A stretch of DNA of 53,050 bases from a virus (lineage: Duplodnaviria > Caudoviricetes): the IMG/VR virus record IMGVR_UViG_3300037537_000966, positions 1 through 53,050 of that record; one strand, 5' to 3'. Made by a program: the position numbers and the translations under genes. The notes under the pieces are model-generated. The model did no database searches, was not told the origin of the DNA, and was given only the letters and a program-made list of their open reading frames with translations. This document shows, one piece after another, positions 23,938 to 33,632 of the stretch (position 1 is its first letter; every line of letters begins with the position of its first letter).

Positions 23938-24501
23938 TTACACAAAAACTATATTGCTGGTTTTATAATAAAAGTTATCTTCCTCAGAAGTCCCTTGGAC
24001 AAAAACTGGTTTTCTTAAGGCGTAAGTATTAAAACGAGACATTAATTCGTAAGCCCAAACTACGTCTAAAGCTACATTGCTGCATAAACCCGCCGATACG
24101 TATTCGAGAGCGGACTGAACCGATTTAATATTGTAAAAAGAAACAGCATGGGTTGAACCCATTCTTTCCAAACGTACTAAATGAGGATACCCCTTTACTT
24201 CGTAATAGACCTCTTCCCATATTCCTTCTGGATCTTTACTAAACGCTGATATTCCATAATAAAGAATATCACAATCTTTTGGAACAGGAAAGTCCTCCAA
24301 AGATCTTATTTTATTAGCATCGCTCTCTAATACGAGGACAGGGAAAAGGCTACTGTTTTGGCTATAGTCTTCTTTTATTTTAGTTAAGGCCTTCAACCAA
24401 GCTAAGTTGGTCCCAGAAGTTTTAGAAACGCCGTATACTGGTGTGATTCTCTCGTAGTCATACGAAGAAGACAGCTCTTCCGTTATCTTATAAATTTTCA
24501 T
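23938..24501 (-). CDS. possible GT25-like glycosyltransferase
   Basis: VLVLESDA, P-x-D-x-DILY-x-G, STHA pattern; weak. Confidence 0.4.
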   Translation of the reverse strand: MKIYKITEELSSSYDYERITPVYGVSKTSGTNLAWLKALTKIKEDYSQNSSLFPVLVLESDANKIRSLEDFPVPKDCDILYYGISAFSKDPEGIWEEVYYEVKGYPHLVRLERMGSTHAVSFYNIKSVQSALEYVSAGLCSNVALDVVWAYELMSRFNTYALRKPVFVQGTSEEDNFYYKTSNIVFV

Positions 24502-24537
24502 AAGATAAATCTACCTGTCGAAATATGTCAACAGATA

Positions 24538-24975
24538 TTAAAATCCAGAGCCAGATGAGCCGTCGGAACCGTCGGAACCGTCAGATCCGTCATCGCCAGT
24601 TGGGGGAGCAGGAGTTGGATCGGGAGCCGGAGCGCCAGAAGAACCGTTACTACCCGCTGAACCATTTGATCCGTCAGAACCATCTGAAGGAGGAGGAGTT
24701 GGCGTTGGGGTTGGTGCCGGAGCGCCAGAAGAACCGTTACTACCCGCTGAACCATTTGATCCGTCAGAACCATCTGAAGGAGGAGGAGTTGGCGTTGGGG
24801 TTGGTGCCGGAGCACCAGAAGAACCGTTGCTACCAGCTGAGCCGTTGCTACCATCTGAACCGTATGTGCGATTAGTTGTCATTGTTACTCTTTTGAATTG
24901 TCTAGAGTTTCCAGCAAAACCACACTTTGGGCATTGCCTTTTTCTGCTAAATAGTTTTCTAAACATATTAAACAT
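24538..24975 (-). CDS. Gly/Ser- and Pro/Thr-repeat protein with N-terminal CPKC
   Basis: ORF track; 30-aa tandem repeat. Confidence 0.65.
   Translation of the reverse strand: MFNMFRKLFSRKRQCPKCGFAGNSRQFKRVTMTTNRTYGSDGSNGSAGSNGSSGAPAPTPTPTPPPSDGSDGSNGSAGSNGSSGAPAPTPTPTPPPSDGSDGSNGSAGSNGSSGAPAPDPTPAPPTGDDGSDGSDGSDGSSGSGF
24626..24860. repeat. 90-nt tandem repeat (two exact copies plus a degenerate partial)
   Basis: GCCGGAGC recurs at 24626, 24716 and 24806. Confidence 0.9.
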
Positions 24976-25038
24976 AACCTTTGTTTTTTATACAATTTTT
25001 TTTTATAAAAGACCAAAAAAATTGATATAACTTCTCAG

Positions 25039-25272
25039 ATGGCAAAAAAAATAATTGTTACGTGGCATGCTTCTCACGAGGCAATAGTTGGCTTGACTCT
25101 TGAGGAAGAGCTTGATATTAAGCAGTTTGAAAAAGACTTAAATGAGAACTCTGACCCCTCTGAACCGAATGGAGCCTTGATTAGAATAGAACAGATGACC
25201 AGAGAAGGAAAGGTTGATTTTCAAAACATGGCCAACGTTGTTCTCAAAGATTTTAAAGTTAGAGAGATTTAA
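25039..25272 (+). CDS. hypothetical protein
   Basis: ORF track. Confidence 0.65.
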   Translation: MAKKIIVTWHASHEAIVGLTLEEELDIKQFEKDLNENSDPSEPNGALIRIEQMTREGKVDFQNMANVVLKDFKVREI

Positions 25273-25278
25273 TTGCTT

Positions 25279-25575
25279 TTATTGAGTGTCGCTTACTTTC
25301 TTACTCCTAGGATTGCACATAAAAGAAGAGATTTTATCTAGCTTAACCTCTAATTTATTAAATCTACCATGCATCATCTCGGTAGCTTGAGATAAATCGC
25401 CTTTTGTAACATAATTCTTAGGTAGGTCAATTGCCATTTCTGTTAATCTTTGAGTCATTTCATCATGTTTCTTCCATAGTTCATCTATACTCTGCCAAAA
25501 TCTTTTTATTATAACGGCGACGAGGAAACCCCCGATAGCCAGTACTGCTTCTATAATGTAATGAATATTTTCCAT
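25279..25575 (-). CDS. TM plus coiled-coil protein
   Basis: N-terminal TM; LPKNYVTK-x-D...F-x-KLE-x-KLD pattern. Confidence 0.7.
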   Translation of the reverse strand: MENIHYIIEAVLAIGGFLVAVIIKRFWQSIDELWKKHDEMTQRLTEMAIDLPKNYVTKGDLSQATEMMHGRFNKLEVKLDKISSFMCNPRSKKVSDTQ

Positions 25576-25623
25576 CCTTGATCTTTCTTAATACACAAAT
25601 TTATAAAGTGTGGTAACTTTTCC

Positions 25624-26046
25624 CTACTTCTCTTCTGGTAGTTTTGGGAGCTCTTTCATCTTCTCTCTTATTGCCCTCTGTTCTTCGTAGCCTGCCTCTC
25701 CCCCTTTGTGAAGGTAATGAAAACCGCCATTGAGTGGAAGCTTCTTCTCAATCACAAGTAATTTCAATCTGTCATTGGGGACGATCATTTTAGTCCCGCG
25801 ATCTGTCATATAGAAAATCGTTTTTAAAAATCCGACCCTAACTATTCTGGCTTGTCGTCCACTTATGTACAATACATCATCGTTACAAAAATCTTTACCA
25901 ACACATATTAAAAGCCCTTCTACGGCTTTATGTATCGCGTCTTTGAAAAGTATACCAAAGAAAGCTATAATTAGTAACCAACCATATGTACCTATTAATT
26001 GTTCTGCGGCCTTTTGTATTTCGGGATCTGCTAGTGAGTTGCTCAT
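25624..26046 (-). CDS. truncated MscS-like membrane protein, paralog A
   Basis: TM helix then DDVLYISG-x2-A-x-IVRVG-x3-T...D...VPN Sm-like middle domain. Confidence 0.6.
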   Translation of the reverse strand: MSNSLADPEIQKAAEQLIGTYGWLLIIAFFGILFKDAIHKAVEGLLICVGKDFCNDDVLYISGRQARIVRVGFLKTIFYMTDRGTKMIVPNDRLKLLVIEKKLPLNGGFHYLHKGGEAGYEEQRAIREKMKELPKLPEEK

Positions 26047-26059
26047 TCAGTATAGTTTA

Positions 26060-26090
26060 TTACACATCTATTTCCCTAAAACCTGTGTAA
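26060..26090. promoter_or_regulatory. back-to-back GTGTAA late-promoter-like motifs
   Basis: TTACAC at 26060-26065 and GTGTAA at 26085-26090, 13 and 10 nt from divergent ATGs. Confidence 0.6.
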
Positions 26091-26100
26091 TATATTTTAT

Positions 26101-26421
26101 ATGGAAGATCAAATCGCAAATGCCGGTCAAAACTTTATCGGCGAACACGGTTGGTTACTCGTTGCGGGAGCAGCGGGTTTAATTTTCAAAGAGACTATAA
26201 CTAGCTTCGCAGCTGCCGTATCCATGTCTCTTTTCGGAGGAATAAAAACTGACGATGTCTATAGTATGGGTGGTAGAGCCTGTAGAGTAGTAAGGGTTGG
26301 AATAAGATCCACAACTTTCTACTTTGCAGATTCTAAAACTCGAGTAGATATACCAAACGAAGACATCAAGAGTTTAAGGCTCGAGAAGAAGATAGCACCA
26401 ATGGAAGACGAGAAAGCGTAA
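26101..26421 (+). CDS. truncated MscS-like membrane protein, paralog B
   Basis: Aligns by eye with 25624-26046 (GWLL, FK, DDV, GR, VRVG, PN, EKK). Confidence 0.6.
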   Translation: MEDQIANAGQNFIGEHGWLLVAGAAGLIFKETITSFAAAVSMSLFGGIKTDDVYSMGGRACRVVRVGIRSTTFYFADSKTRVDIPNEDIKSLRLEKKIAPMEDEKA

Positions 26422-26435
26422 GCTAGTTATAGATC

Positions 26436-27206
26436 ATGCCTAAAGTTAAATTTGACCAATTGGCCGATTCTTTAGATGAATTGGATAACCCTCAAGGAAG
26501 AGCCCTCCAGAGAGAACCCATACGACCTCGGGAGAGATTCCACATAGAAGACTTTAAATGGACCAATAAGCAGAAAGAATTTATTAAGATAGCCTTAAGT
26601 AAGGAGTCTAAAATTCTTTTCGGTAAAGGTCCAGCAGGATCTTCCAAAACTCTCCTTAGTGTTTATTGCGCTCTGCATTTGCTCTGCGAAGGAAAGGTTT
26701 CCGAAATAGTCTATATTAGATCTGCGGTAGAAAGCTCTGATTCTAGAATGGGATTCCTTCCGGGAGATGCAGATCAGAAGCTTCATTTCTACAATTTGCC
26801 CTTCTTGCATAAGATGGAGGAGCTCATATGCCCTAACGTAATAAAGAAATTACAAAAAGATGAAAGAGTATCTACTTATCCTGTTAATTTTTGTCGAGGT
26901 ATGAGTTGGAATTCGAAATGCCTAATATTTGATGAATGCCAGAATAGCTCTCTCAAGGAAATTGTAACAGTATTAACTAGATTAGGTATGGGTTCCAAAT
27001 GCTTTGTTTTAGCTGACCCAACTCAGACAGATTTGAAAAATGGAGCTAGAGGAGGGTTTGAAAGAGTAGAAAGCTTATTCTCAGACAAAGAAAGCTCAGA
27101 CTTCGGAATAAACACCTTTCAGTTCGACGAGAGTGATGTGGTTAGATCGGAGCTTGTAAGATTTTTAGTGACTAAGTTTAAAGACCTAACTACTATTTCT
27201 CTTTAA
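26436..27206 (+). CDS. phoH: PhoH-like ATPase
   Basis: GPAGSSKT, MGFLPGD, RGMSW, DECQN, LTRLG, D-x2-Q-x-D, DVVRS-x-LV. Confidence 0.92.
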   Translation: MPKVKFDQLADSLDELDNPQGRALQREPIRPRERFHIEDFKWTNKQKEFIKIALSKESKILFGKGPAGSSKTLLSVYCALHLLCEGKVSEIVYIRSAVESSDSRMGFLPGDADQKLHFYNLPFLHKMEELICPNVIKKLQKDERVSTYPVNFCRGMSWNSKCLIFDECQNSSLKEIVTVLTRLGMGSKCFVLADPTQTDLKNGARGGFERVESLFSDKESSDFGINTFQFDESDVVRSELVRFLVTKFKDLTTISL

Positions 27207-27519
27207 TATGACCAACGAATTTTTTCGAGGGCTCTGTCGTTACTGTTTGCCTCCAGCCGTCTTTGTGTAGAATATTAGTTATACACCCGCAGAACCTTCT
27301 GACTTCTTTTTCGGGTATGTCCCAGAAAAACGCATGCATTATTTCTTCTACCATTACCGCCATCTCTCTCTTGGGTGTTAGATCTGGTGAAATATGTATT
27401 TTAGGACCTCTGTAGTCTGGTGGGTCACATAGTCCGTCAGCGTTATAACTGTAGTGGGGTTTCTTTTTTAATATCTTATATCTTACCCCGTCGTTGTTTG
27501 TAAAAGTGTAGTCAGCCAT
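27193..27519 (-). CDS. small zincin-like protein
   Basis: GLC...I-x-I...EEIMHA...E (EExxH where HExxH is usual). Confidence 0.5.
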   Translation of the reverse strand: MADYTFTNNDGVRYKILKKKPHYSYNADGLCDPPDYRGPKIHISPDLTPKREMAVMVEEIMHAFFWDIPEKEVRRFCGCITNILHKDGWRQTVTTEPSKKFVGHIKEK

Positions 27520-27580
27520 AATATTTTATATTTAAACTTACTTTTAGTTGTAATAACTATTTACCTAGTTGTAAAAAATT

Positions 27581-27910
27581 ATGTCTAAATATAACAAAGC
27601 CACTTATTGCAAGAACTGTGGAGCCTCGAATAGTTGGGCTCTAAACCGAAAGAGTTCTTTGTTGAAGAAGCCTAAATTCTGTAATTCCTGTGGTTCTAAT
27701 CTAATTACAGGCAAAATAGCCGAAAAGGGAACAAAGGAGACTAAAAATACTGAGGAAGAGGACGAAGACGTCGCAATTCCTGATAATATTCCTCCATTGG
27801 AGTTAGATATGAATGCTTCGTATTTTCCAAAAATGGATTCTCAATCTTTAGGAAACTTGGTTTCGCCAGCTTTTAAGGAAAACGAAGAAGAATTAACAGA
27901 TGGCAGCTAA
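27581..27910 (+). CDS. zinc-ribbon protein
   Basis: YCKNCG...KPKFCNSCG. Confidence 0.75.
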   Translation: MSKYNKATYCKNCGASNSWALNRKSSLLKKPKFCNSCGSNLITGKIAEKGTKETKNTEEEDEDVAIPDNIPPLELDMNASYFPKMDSQSLGNLVSPAFKENEEELTDGS

Positions 27911-28604
27911 AAAGAAACCCAACGAAAAAGTTAAATTAGAATTTGAAGACTTTATCAGCACTATAGACGAAGAGATATCCAAAAGGAAAAATAAGTGGAC
28001 TCTCACCTCTATTGCTTGGATGGATTTCGAAGATATTTCTCAGATTCTTAAAATACATATATTCAAAAAATGGCACCTTTATGATCAAAGCAAACCTCTA
28101 TTACCTTGGTTGAATAGAATCATATCCAATCAGCTTAAAAATTTAATAAGGAACAATTATAGTAATTACTGCAAGCCTTGTCTTAGGTGTGCGGCTGCGG
28201 AACCAGACTCTTCTTGCTCTATATATGGAACTCAGGATTCTAGATGCCCCCTCTATAAAAGATGGGTTCTGAAAAAAAAATCAGCCTACGATGTTAAGAT
28301 GGCTCTTCCGCTTGAGAACCATAGAAATGAGGTGAATGAAAGCCTGACTCATCCTTCCAGCATAGAAACTGGAATAATCAAGCTACACCAAAAACTTAAA
28401 GAGACCCTCAAACCAAACGAGTGGTTAGTATACAAAAGTTTTTATATAGATAATGAGTCGGAAGTGGATATAGCTAGAAAACTAAACTTTAAAACTACCG
28501 AGAAGAATAGGAGCCCCGGATACAAACAGATTAAAAATATACAAAAATCTATCATAAGTAAAGCTAAGAGAATATTAGAAAGGAACGAGTTGGATTGGTT
28601 ATGA
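27900..28604 (+). CDS. phage sigma70/ECF-like factor with Cys-rich insert
   Basis: Region-2-like EDISQ...YD...PWLNRIISNQ; region-4-like HTH (SEVDIARKLN). Confidence 0.65.
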   Translation: MAAKKKPNEKVKLEFEDFISTIDEEISKRKNKWTLTSIAWMDFEDISQILKIHIFKKWHLYDQSKPLLPWLNRIISNQLKNLIRNNYSNYCKPCLRCAAAEPDSSCSIYGTQDSRCPLYKRWVLKKKSAYDVKMALPLENHRNEVNESLTHPSSIETGIIKLHQKLKETLKPNEWLVYKSFYIDNESEVDIARKLNFKTTEKNRSPGYKQIKNIQKSIISKAKRILERNELDWL

Positions 28605-29707
28605 ACGAAGATAATTTAGTTTTAAACCCAGAGCAGAAATTTGCTTTAGTTTCGATTAAAGATAGATTTCTCGCTGGAGATAAAGTAGACATATCCTTAA
28701 TGCATTTGATACAAGATGTAGCAGGTTTTGAGGGTAGGGACGGTAGGAGTAAAGAAGGCAGAGCTGTCAAAGCTTTCTTAAGTGAAATAGATCTGAACGC
28801 TGTCCCTGCTAGCGAATATCAGAAAGTCGACAAACCGGAACTTCTAGAAGAACACAAAGAGTTCATTCGTAACAACAAAGGGACAATGAAGTACGTAGAG
28901 ATGTCTCGCATACTATTTAGTAACGAAAAGCTAACTAGCTTAAGCGCTGAGACTAGAATGGTTACGGAATACTGCAAGAGTTTGGATGGAGAAAGCTTTG
29001 AGACTCCCGAAGGGGAGCAGGAAAGGTACGAGTATAAACCTCCAAAGCACCCAGATAGAGTTTTGAGTAGGATCAATAGATATATTTTAGATAGCGGCAT
29101 AGACAAAGATAAGGTTAGCCCTAGACAAAAAAAAGATATAGAAAAGTTAATGGGTTATCTTCATACTTTTAGATTCTGTCATCAGATGAGTAATTATAAT
29201 AACGGAACAGAAAGAGAGCTTTTCGAGTCTTCTTTCGTTAGGTATACTCACGACAAGCCCGATTTAACCCAAGAGGAGGTTGATCAATATATAATTCTTT
29301 CGGGAGAGGTTGTTATAGCATCGAATATTCAGAGAAGAGTAGGTAGGCTTACAAACTTATTAGACGAAACAGCGATGGATACTGAAGGACGAAGGATATC
29401 TATGAGCTTAGTGGAAGCCATAAGTACGGCTCAAAACGAATACAATTCATCCGTAAACAGACAGCATAAATTACTAAGCGACCTTAAACAAAAGAGGAGC
29501 GATAGGCTAAGTAAGCAAGTTCATGACAACGCAAGTATTCTAAACTTAGTTGAAACTTGGAAGGATGATGAGAGTCGAAAAGAGTTGATAAAAATGGCAG
29601 AGTTAAGAAAGAAAACAATTAAGGACGAGATAAATAAACTATCCACTATGGACGAAGTCAAAGCAAGGATATTTGGTATCTCAACAGAGGAGGCTCTCAA
29701 TGGTTAA
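28595..29707 (+). CDS. hypothetical protein (terminase small subunit candidate by position)
   Basis: ORF track; helical C-terminus; two genes upstream of TerL. Confidence 0.6.
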   Translation: MVMNEDNLVLNPEQKFALVSIKDRFLAGDKVDISLMHLIQDVAGFEGRDGRSKEGRAVKAFLSEIDLNAVPASEYQKVDKPELLEEHKEFIRNNKGTMKYVEMSRILFSNEKLTSLSAETRMVTEYCKSLDGESFETPEGEQERYEYKPPKHPDRVLSRINRYILDSGIDKDKVSPRQKKDIEKLMGYLHTFRFCHQMSNYNNGTERELFESSFVRYTHDKPDLTQEEVDQYIILSGEVVIASNIQRRVGRLTNLLDETAMDTEGRRISMSLVEAISTAQNEYNSSVNRQHKLLSDLKQKRSDRLSKQVHDNASILNLVETWKDDESRKELIKMAELRKKTIKDEINKLSTMDEVKARIFGISTEEALNG

Positions 29708-30623
29708 ATGCAAAGTTGACGGAGAGGAGTTTGCGACAGAAAAAGAGTTGCATATGCATCTACGCAAACATAAACTCAGAATGGCTGAATATTACCAAAA
29801 GTATTATCCACGTAGAGACTTGCTGACTGAGGACTTAATTAAGTTTAAAAATAAAAGTCATTATTTTTCTAATCATTTCAACTCTAGAGTCAATATGCGT
29901 AAGTGGTTAGAGCAGGCTCCTCAAGAGGAGGCAAAAGAGTTTTGTATGAATCTATTAAAAGAGAGAATAGAGAGAAGGGGAATAAAGTATTGCCCGACTC
30001 AGGTTGAGATGAGGACCTCGATGATGCCGCCTATATTTTACTATCAACAGCTTTTTGGCAACTTTTATAACGCTTGCAAAGATGTTGGTTTAATTCCTAG
30101 ATTTACTAAATTTGCGACTGAGCCTATAGAAGAAAACATAGAAGAAGGCTACGAGATAATTATCGACACCAGAGAACAGAAGCCTCTTAACATAAATTAT
30201 GAGACAAGAAGAGAGGGCTTGAAATTTGCTGACTACTGGCTCGATAAAGAAGATAATAAATGCTACGTAGAAAGAAAAGAGACTAAAGATTTCATAGGAA
30301 CTTTCACAGGAGGCTGCGAAAGATTTTCTAGAGAGTTAGAAAGAGCCAAAGAGAAGGACGCGTATGTTGTGGTAGTCGTCGAAAATTCTTTAGATAATAT
30401 GATGAAGTTCAACTATCTAAAATATGTGACAAAAAAAGTGCAGGTAACGCCTGAGTTTGTAATGAGAAACGTTAGAGACATAATTCAGAAGCATGATAAC
30501 GTCCAGTTCCTTTTCGCCAAAGGCAGAACAGAAGCTACAAGACTAACAAGGAAGCTATTCTTCTGTGGGACGAATTATAGAGACATAGACCTACAATTAG
30601 CTTACGAGTTAAAACTTTTATGA
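29700..30623 (+). CDS. C2H2-like finger plus ERCC4/XPF-family nuclease
   Basis: IIIDTREQKP, ADY, VERK, RF-x-RELER; N-terminal CKVD...H-x4-H. Confidence 0.8.
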   Translation: MVKCKVDGEEFATEKELHMHLRKHKLRMAEYYQKYYPRRDLLTEDLIKFKNKSHYFSNHFNSRVNMRKWLEQAPQEEAKEFCMNLLKERIERRGIKYCPTQVEMRTSMMPPIFYYQQLFGNFYNACKDVGLIPRFTKFATEPIEENIEEGYEIIIDTREQKPLNINYETRREGLKFADYWLDKEDNKCYVERKETKDFIGTFTGGCERFSRELERAKEKDAYVVVVVENSLDNMMKFNYLKYVTKKVQVTPEFVMRNVRDIIQKHDNVQFLFAKGRTEATRLTRKLFFCGTNYRDIDLQLAYELKLL

Positions 30624-30624
30624 T

Positions 30625-32478
30625 ATGTGGTCTTGCCCGGAAAAATATAAAATAGAAGTCGAAGACGTAAACGATAGACTGTCTAGGCTCGAAGGCTTCC
30701 TTGATGACAAAACGGCGAAAATCACTCTAGCAAAGTTTCTGAGAAGCAACCTATACTTTACGACATATCTTTTAACTGGCATTAAGCTGGCTCCGTATCA
30801 GGAAATAACGCTGAGAGCGTTATTCAATAGGAACTTCAGTATGTGCGTATGGGGCCGTGGCTGCGGCAAGTCTTTTATAGCTTCTATATATTGCTTCCTC
30901 CAGTGCATTTTTGAGCCTAATACTAAAATACTTATAGCTGGGCCAACTTTTCGTACGGCAAGATTCATTTTTAATAACATAGAGAAAATAGTAGAGACTA
31001 GGGAAGCTGCTCTGCTGGCTCAAGCCTTCGGAGCTAAAACAAAAAGAAATGACCAGTACGAATGGAAAATAAATGGCGGTACTATAACAGCCATCCCCTT
31101 AAGTGGCGAAAAGATTCGTGGTTTTCGTGCTAACGTACTTGTGCTTGACGAGTTTATGCTTTTGCCAGAGGACATAATTAAAAATGTTTTAATGCCCTTC
31201 TTGGTCGCCCCCCAAGACATGACAAGAAGAATGCAGATAAGGGAAATAGAGGATGAATTAATACAGCAGGGAGCAATCGAAGAAAAGGACAGAACCGTGT
31301 TTACGAACACCTCAAAGATGATAGCTTTGTCTTCTGCGAGTTACACTTTTGAAAATTTATATAAGACATACCAAGAATGGGTAGGCAAAATAGAGAGCAA
31401 AGAAGATAAACAAGAAGCTAAATACTTTGTCTCCCAATTAGGTTACGAAGCCCTGCCTGAGGAAATGATAGACAGGACTATTATTAATGAAGCTTCAGAT
31501 GGAGGTTCCTCTCATTTCTCTTTTCAACGAGAATATTGTGCTCAGTTTACAGATGGTAGTGACAGCTACTTTAGCGCTAAGAAGATGGACCTATGCACCT
31601 TAACGGGCGATGAAGAGCCTTCTACTTTGGTGGTTGGTAGATCTGGCAAGAGTTATGTTCTAGGTGTTGACCCTAATATGAGCGATAGTCCTTCGGCTGA
31701 CTACTTTGCTATGGCTGTAATGGAAATAGATGACAGTACGGGTCGGGGAATTTTAGTCCATAGTTATGCGGGCTTGGGTAGCTTAAACAATCATGTAAAA
31801 TATTTAGCTTATCTACTTCAAGCTTTTAGTATTGTTTTTATATGTCTTGATAATGCTGGCTCTGATACATTTTTGGATAGTTGTAATGAGTCTCAATATT
31901 TTAAAGACGCTAGGGTGAATCTAAAAACGATTCCTTTGAACTCGGATGCAGAGGGACTAGATTATCAAAAATCATTAAAGCAGGCCAAAATAAAATATAA
32001 TTTGGAGAATAATCAAATTTGTTTTAATCAAGTTTTCACAACTACTTTTATTCGCAGAGCTAACGAGCATCTTCAAGCTTGTATAGATTATAAAAAGGTC
32101 TTGTTTGCTTCGAGGACAGCTTCTAACGAAACCTTTTTTAATAGAACAAGTACTCTTAGGCTTCCTTATCCTAAAAAAATAATTTTTACTGGAGATAGAA
32201 AAGATTGGACTATGCTTGATTTTATAGAGCATCAAGACGACATGATTTACCAAACAAAAAAACAATGTAGCTTGGTGGAACACAAAACAACTTCTAGGGG
32301 GTCTCAAAATTTTGACCTTCCACAGCACCTTAAAAGGTCCACTTCCCCTAATAAAGCAAGAAAAGATAATTATTCAGCATTAATGTTGGCGAATTGGGGA
32401 CTTAGGCTATATAACGATATAACTAGGACGGAAGTCAATAACAATAAGGAGACTTTCGAGCCTATTATGCTTTTTTAA
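30625..32478 (+). CDS. terL: terminase large subunit
   Basis: LAPYQ, Walker A GRGCGKS, RGFRA, Walker B VLDEF, FQREY, LGVDP, C-terminal KDNYSALML. Confidence 0.92.
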   Translation: MWSCPEKYKIEVEDVNDRLSRLEGFLDDKTAKITLAKFLRSNLYFTTYLLTGIKLAPYQEITLRALFNRNFSMCVWGRGCGKSFIASIYCFLQCIFEPNTKILIAGPTFRTARFIFNNIEKIVETREAALLAQAFGAKTKRNDQYEWKINGGTITAIPLSGEKIRGFRANVLVLDEFMLLPEDIIKNVLMPFLVAPQDMTRRMQIREIEDELIQQGAIEEKDRTVFTNTSKMIALSSASYTFENLYKTYQEWVGKIESKEDKQEAKYFVSQLGYEALPEEMIDRTIINEASDGGSSHFSFQREYCAQFTDGSDSYFSAKKMDLCTLTGDEEPSTLVVGRSGKSYVLGVDPNMSDSPSADYFAMAVMEIDDSTGRGILVHSYAGLGSLNNHVKYLAYLLQAFSIVFICLDNAGSDTFLDSCNESQYFKDARVNLKTIPLNSDAEGLDYQKSLKQAKIKYNLENNQICFNQVFTTTFIRRANEHLQACIDYKKVLFASRTASNETFFNRTSTLRLPYPKKIIFTGDRKDWTMLDFIEHQDDMIYQTKKQCSLVEHKTTSRGSQNFDLPQHLKRSTSPNKARKDNYSALMLANWGLRLYNDITRTEVNNNKETFEPIMLF

Positions 32479-32484
32479 GTGTAA
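32479..32484 (+). promoter_or_regulatory. GTGTAA late-promoter-like motif
   Basis: Also at 20993, 26085, 37918, 41657, 42111, 51612 and on the minus strand at 23388 and 26065, each ahead of a start codon. Confidence 0.55.
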
Positions 32485-32504
32485 CTAATATCAAATAAGC
32501 TGTT

Positions 32505-33629
32505 ATGCCGTCAAAATTAACAACTGGACAGATAGATGCTGATACTTTTACTCAGTTTATTCATGAGAAGGCTTCGGGAACTGCTACCAACACAAGCGGA
32601 TTTTACGCTTATAGCAATCCGCTGGGTTTTTTAGAGACAGACAGCTTCACCGGACATAGCGGAGTATTATCTGGGCAGACGACTACTCTAGTGACTGCGG
32701 TTAGTGGGGCTTTGGATAATAGTGGGTCATTGCTTTTCGACAAGGCGGAAAGTGTGTCGGGTCATGCCGAGTCCTTCACTACCGGCGCAAGCGGTAAGCT
32801 GCAAAATACTATAGTTTTCTGCTCGGGGCAATTCTCTTCAACTAGTGGAGAGTTCTTGAAGTCTGGTAGTTTTTACCATACAGGTTCGGGAGACTTTTCG
32901 GTTTCTGCAGCATCGGGAGCCTTAGCCTTTTCTTCTGGTCATAATGATACGCAGGGGCTTTTCCTTGCGACAGGAAACACGGCAAATAAAGATGCTTGGG
33001 TTAAAATAGTAGATAAGCCAGAAATGACAGGTTTCGTTGCTACTTCTAGCGGAGATTTAAAAACTAGCTTAAATACTACCGGAACAAATCTGAATACGTC
33101 TATATCTAACATCTTAACTGATGCTTCTACAAATTTCTCAGCAGTTAAAACCTTCAGTGCAGGTATAAAGACTAATAAGATAGAACTAAGTGGAGACGGA
33201 GTGACACTTAGGGTTAATGCGAATAACTCTCTTACGTTTGATGACGTAAGTGGTTCGTTACTCACTATGTCTCCGGGATATGGATCAGACTCTCCTGTCT
33301 TTTCTGTAACTGATAAAGCCGGTCTGCCTCTTATAGATGTTTACGATGACGATAGGCTGAACTTTGGCCCTTATGGCACAAACCCACTAAATATTAGTGG
33401 GGAGCGTGTATACTTTGGAAATTATAAGTCTTACATAAGCGGAAGCACGATATCTCTTAGTGGTAACCCATTAACGATAAATGATGTATTTACAATCAGT
33501 GGTCTATCTGGTGGGTACGTGTTCTTGAATAATTTACCCGAATGGCCTAATATAGGTGGGCTAAATAGTGGTGCGCTTTTCAGAAGCGGTAACCCGGGAG
33601 TAGGTCCCGGAATATTATGCGTTGTTTAA
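32505..33629 (+). CDS. Ser/Gly-rich putative virion protein; paralog of 42127-42951
   Basis: Shared N-terminus TGQ-x-D...SG-x-A-x-NTSGF-x2-YSNP. Confidence 0.7.
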   Translation: MPSKLTTGQIDADTFTQFIHEKASGTATNTSGFYAYSNPLGFLETDSFTGHSGVLSGQTTTLVTAVSGALDNSGSLLFDKAESVSGHAESFTTGASGKLQNTIVFCSGQFSSTSGEFLKSGSFYHTGSGDFSVSAASGALAFSSGHNDTQGLFLATGNTANKDAWVKIVDKPEMTGFVATSSGDLKTSLNTTGTNLNTSISNILTDASTNFSAVKTFSAGIKTNKIELSGDGVTLRVNANNSLTFDDVSGSLLTMSPGYGSDSPVFSVTDKAGLPLIDVYDDDRLNFGPYGTNPLNISGERVYFGNYKSYISGSTISLSGNPLTINDVFTISGLSGGYVFLNNLPEWPNIGGLNSGALFRSGNPGVGPGILCVV

Positions 33630-33632
33630 AAA

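Noticed and set aside
24525-24875. Alternative-frame ORFs over the 90-nt repeat
   Set aside because: Shadows of the repeat in 24538-24975
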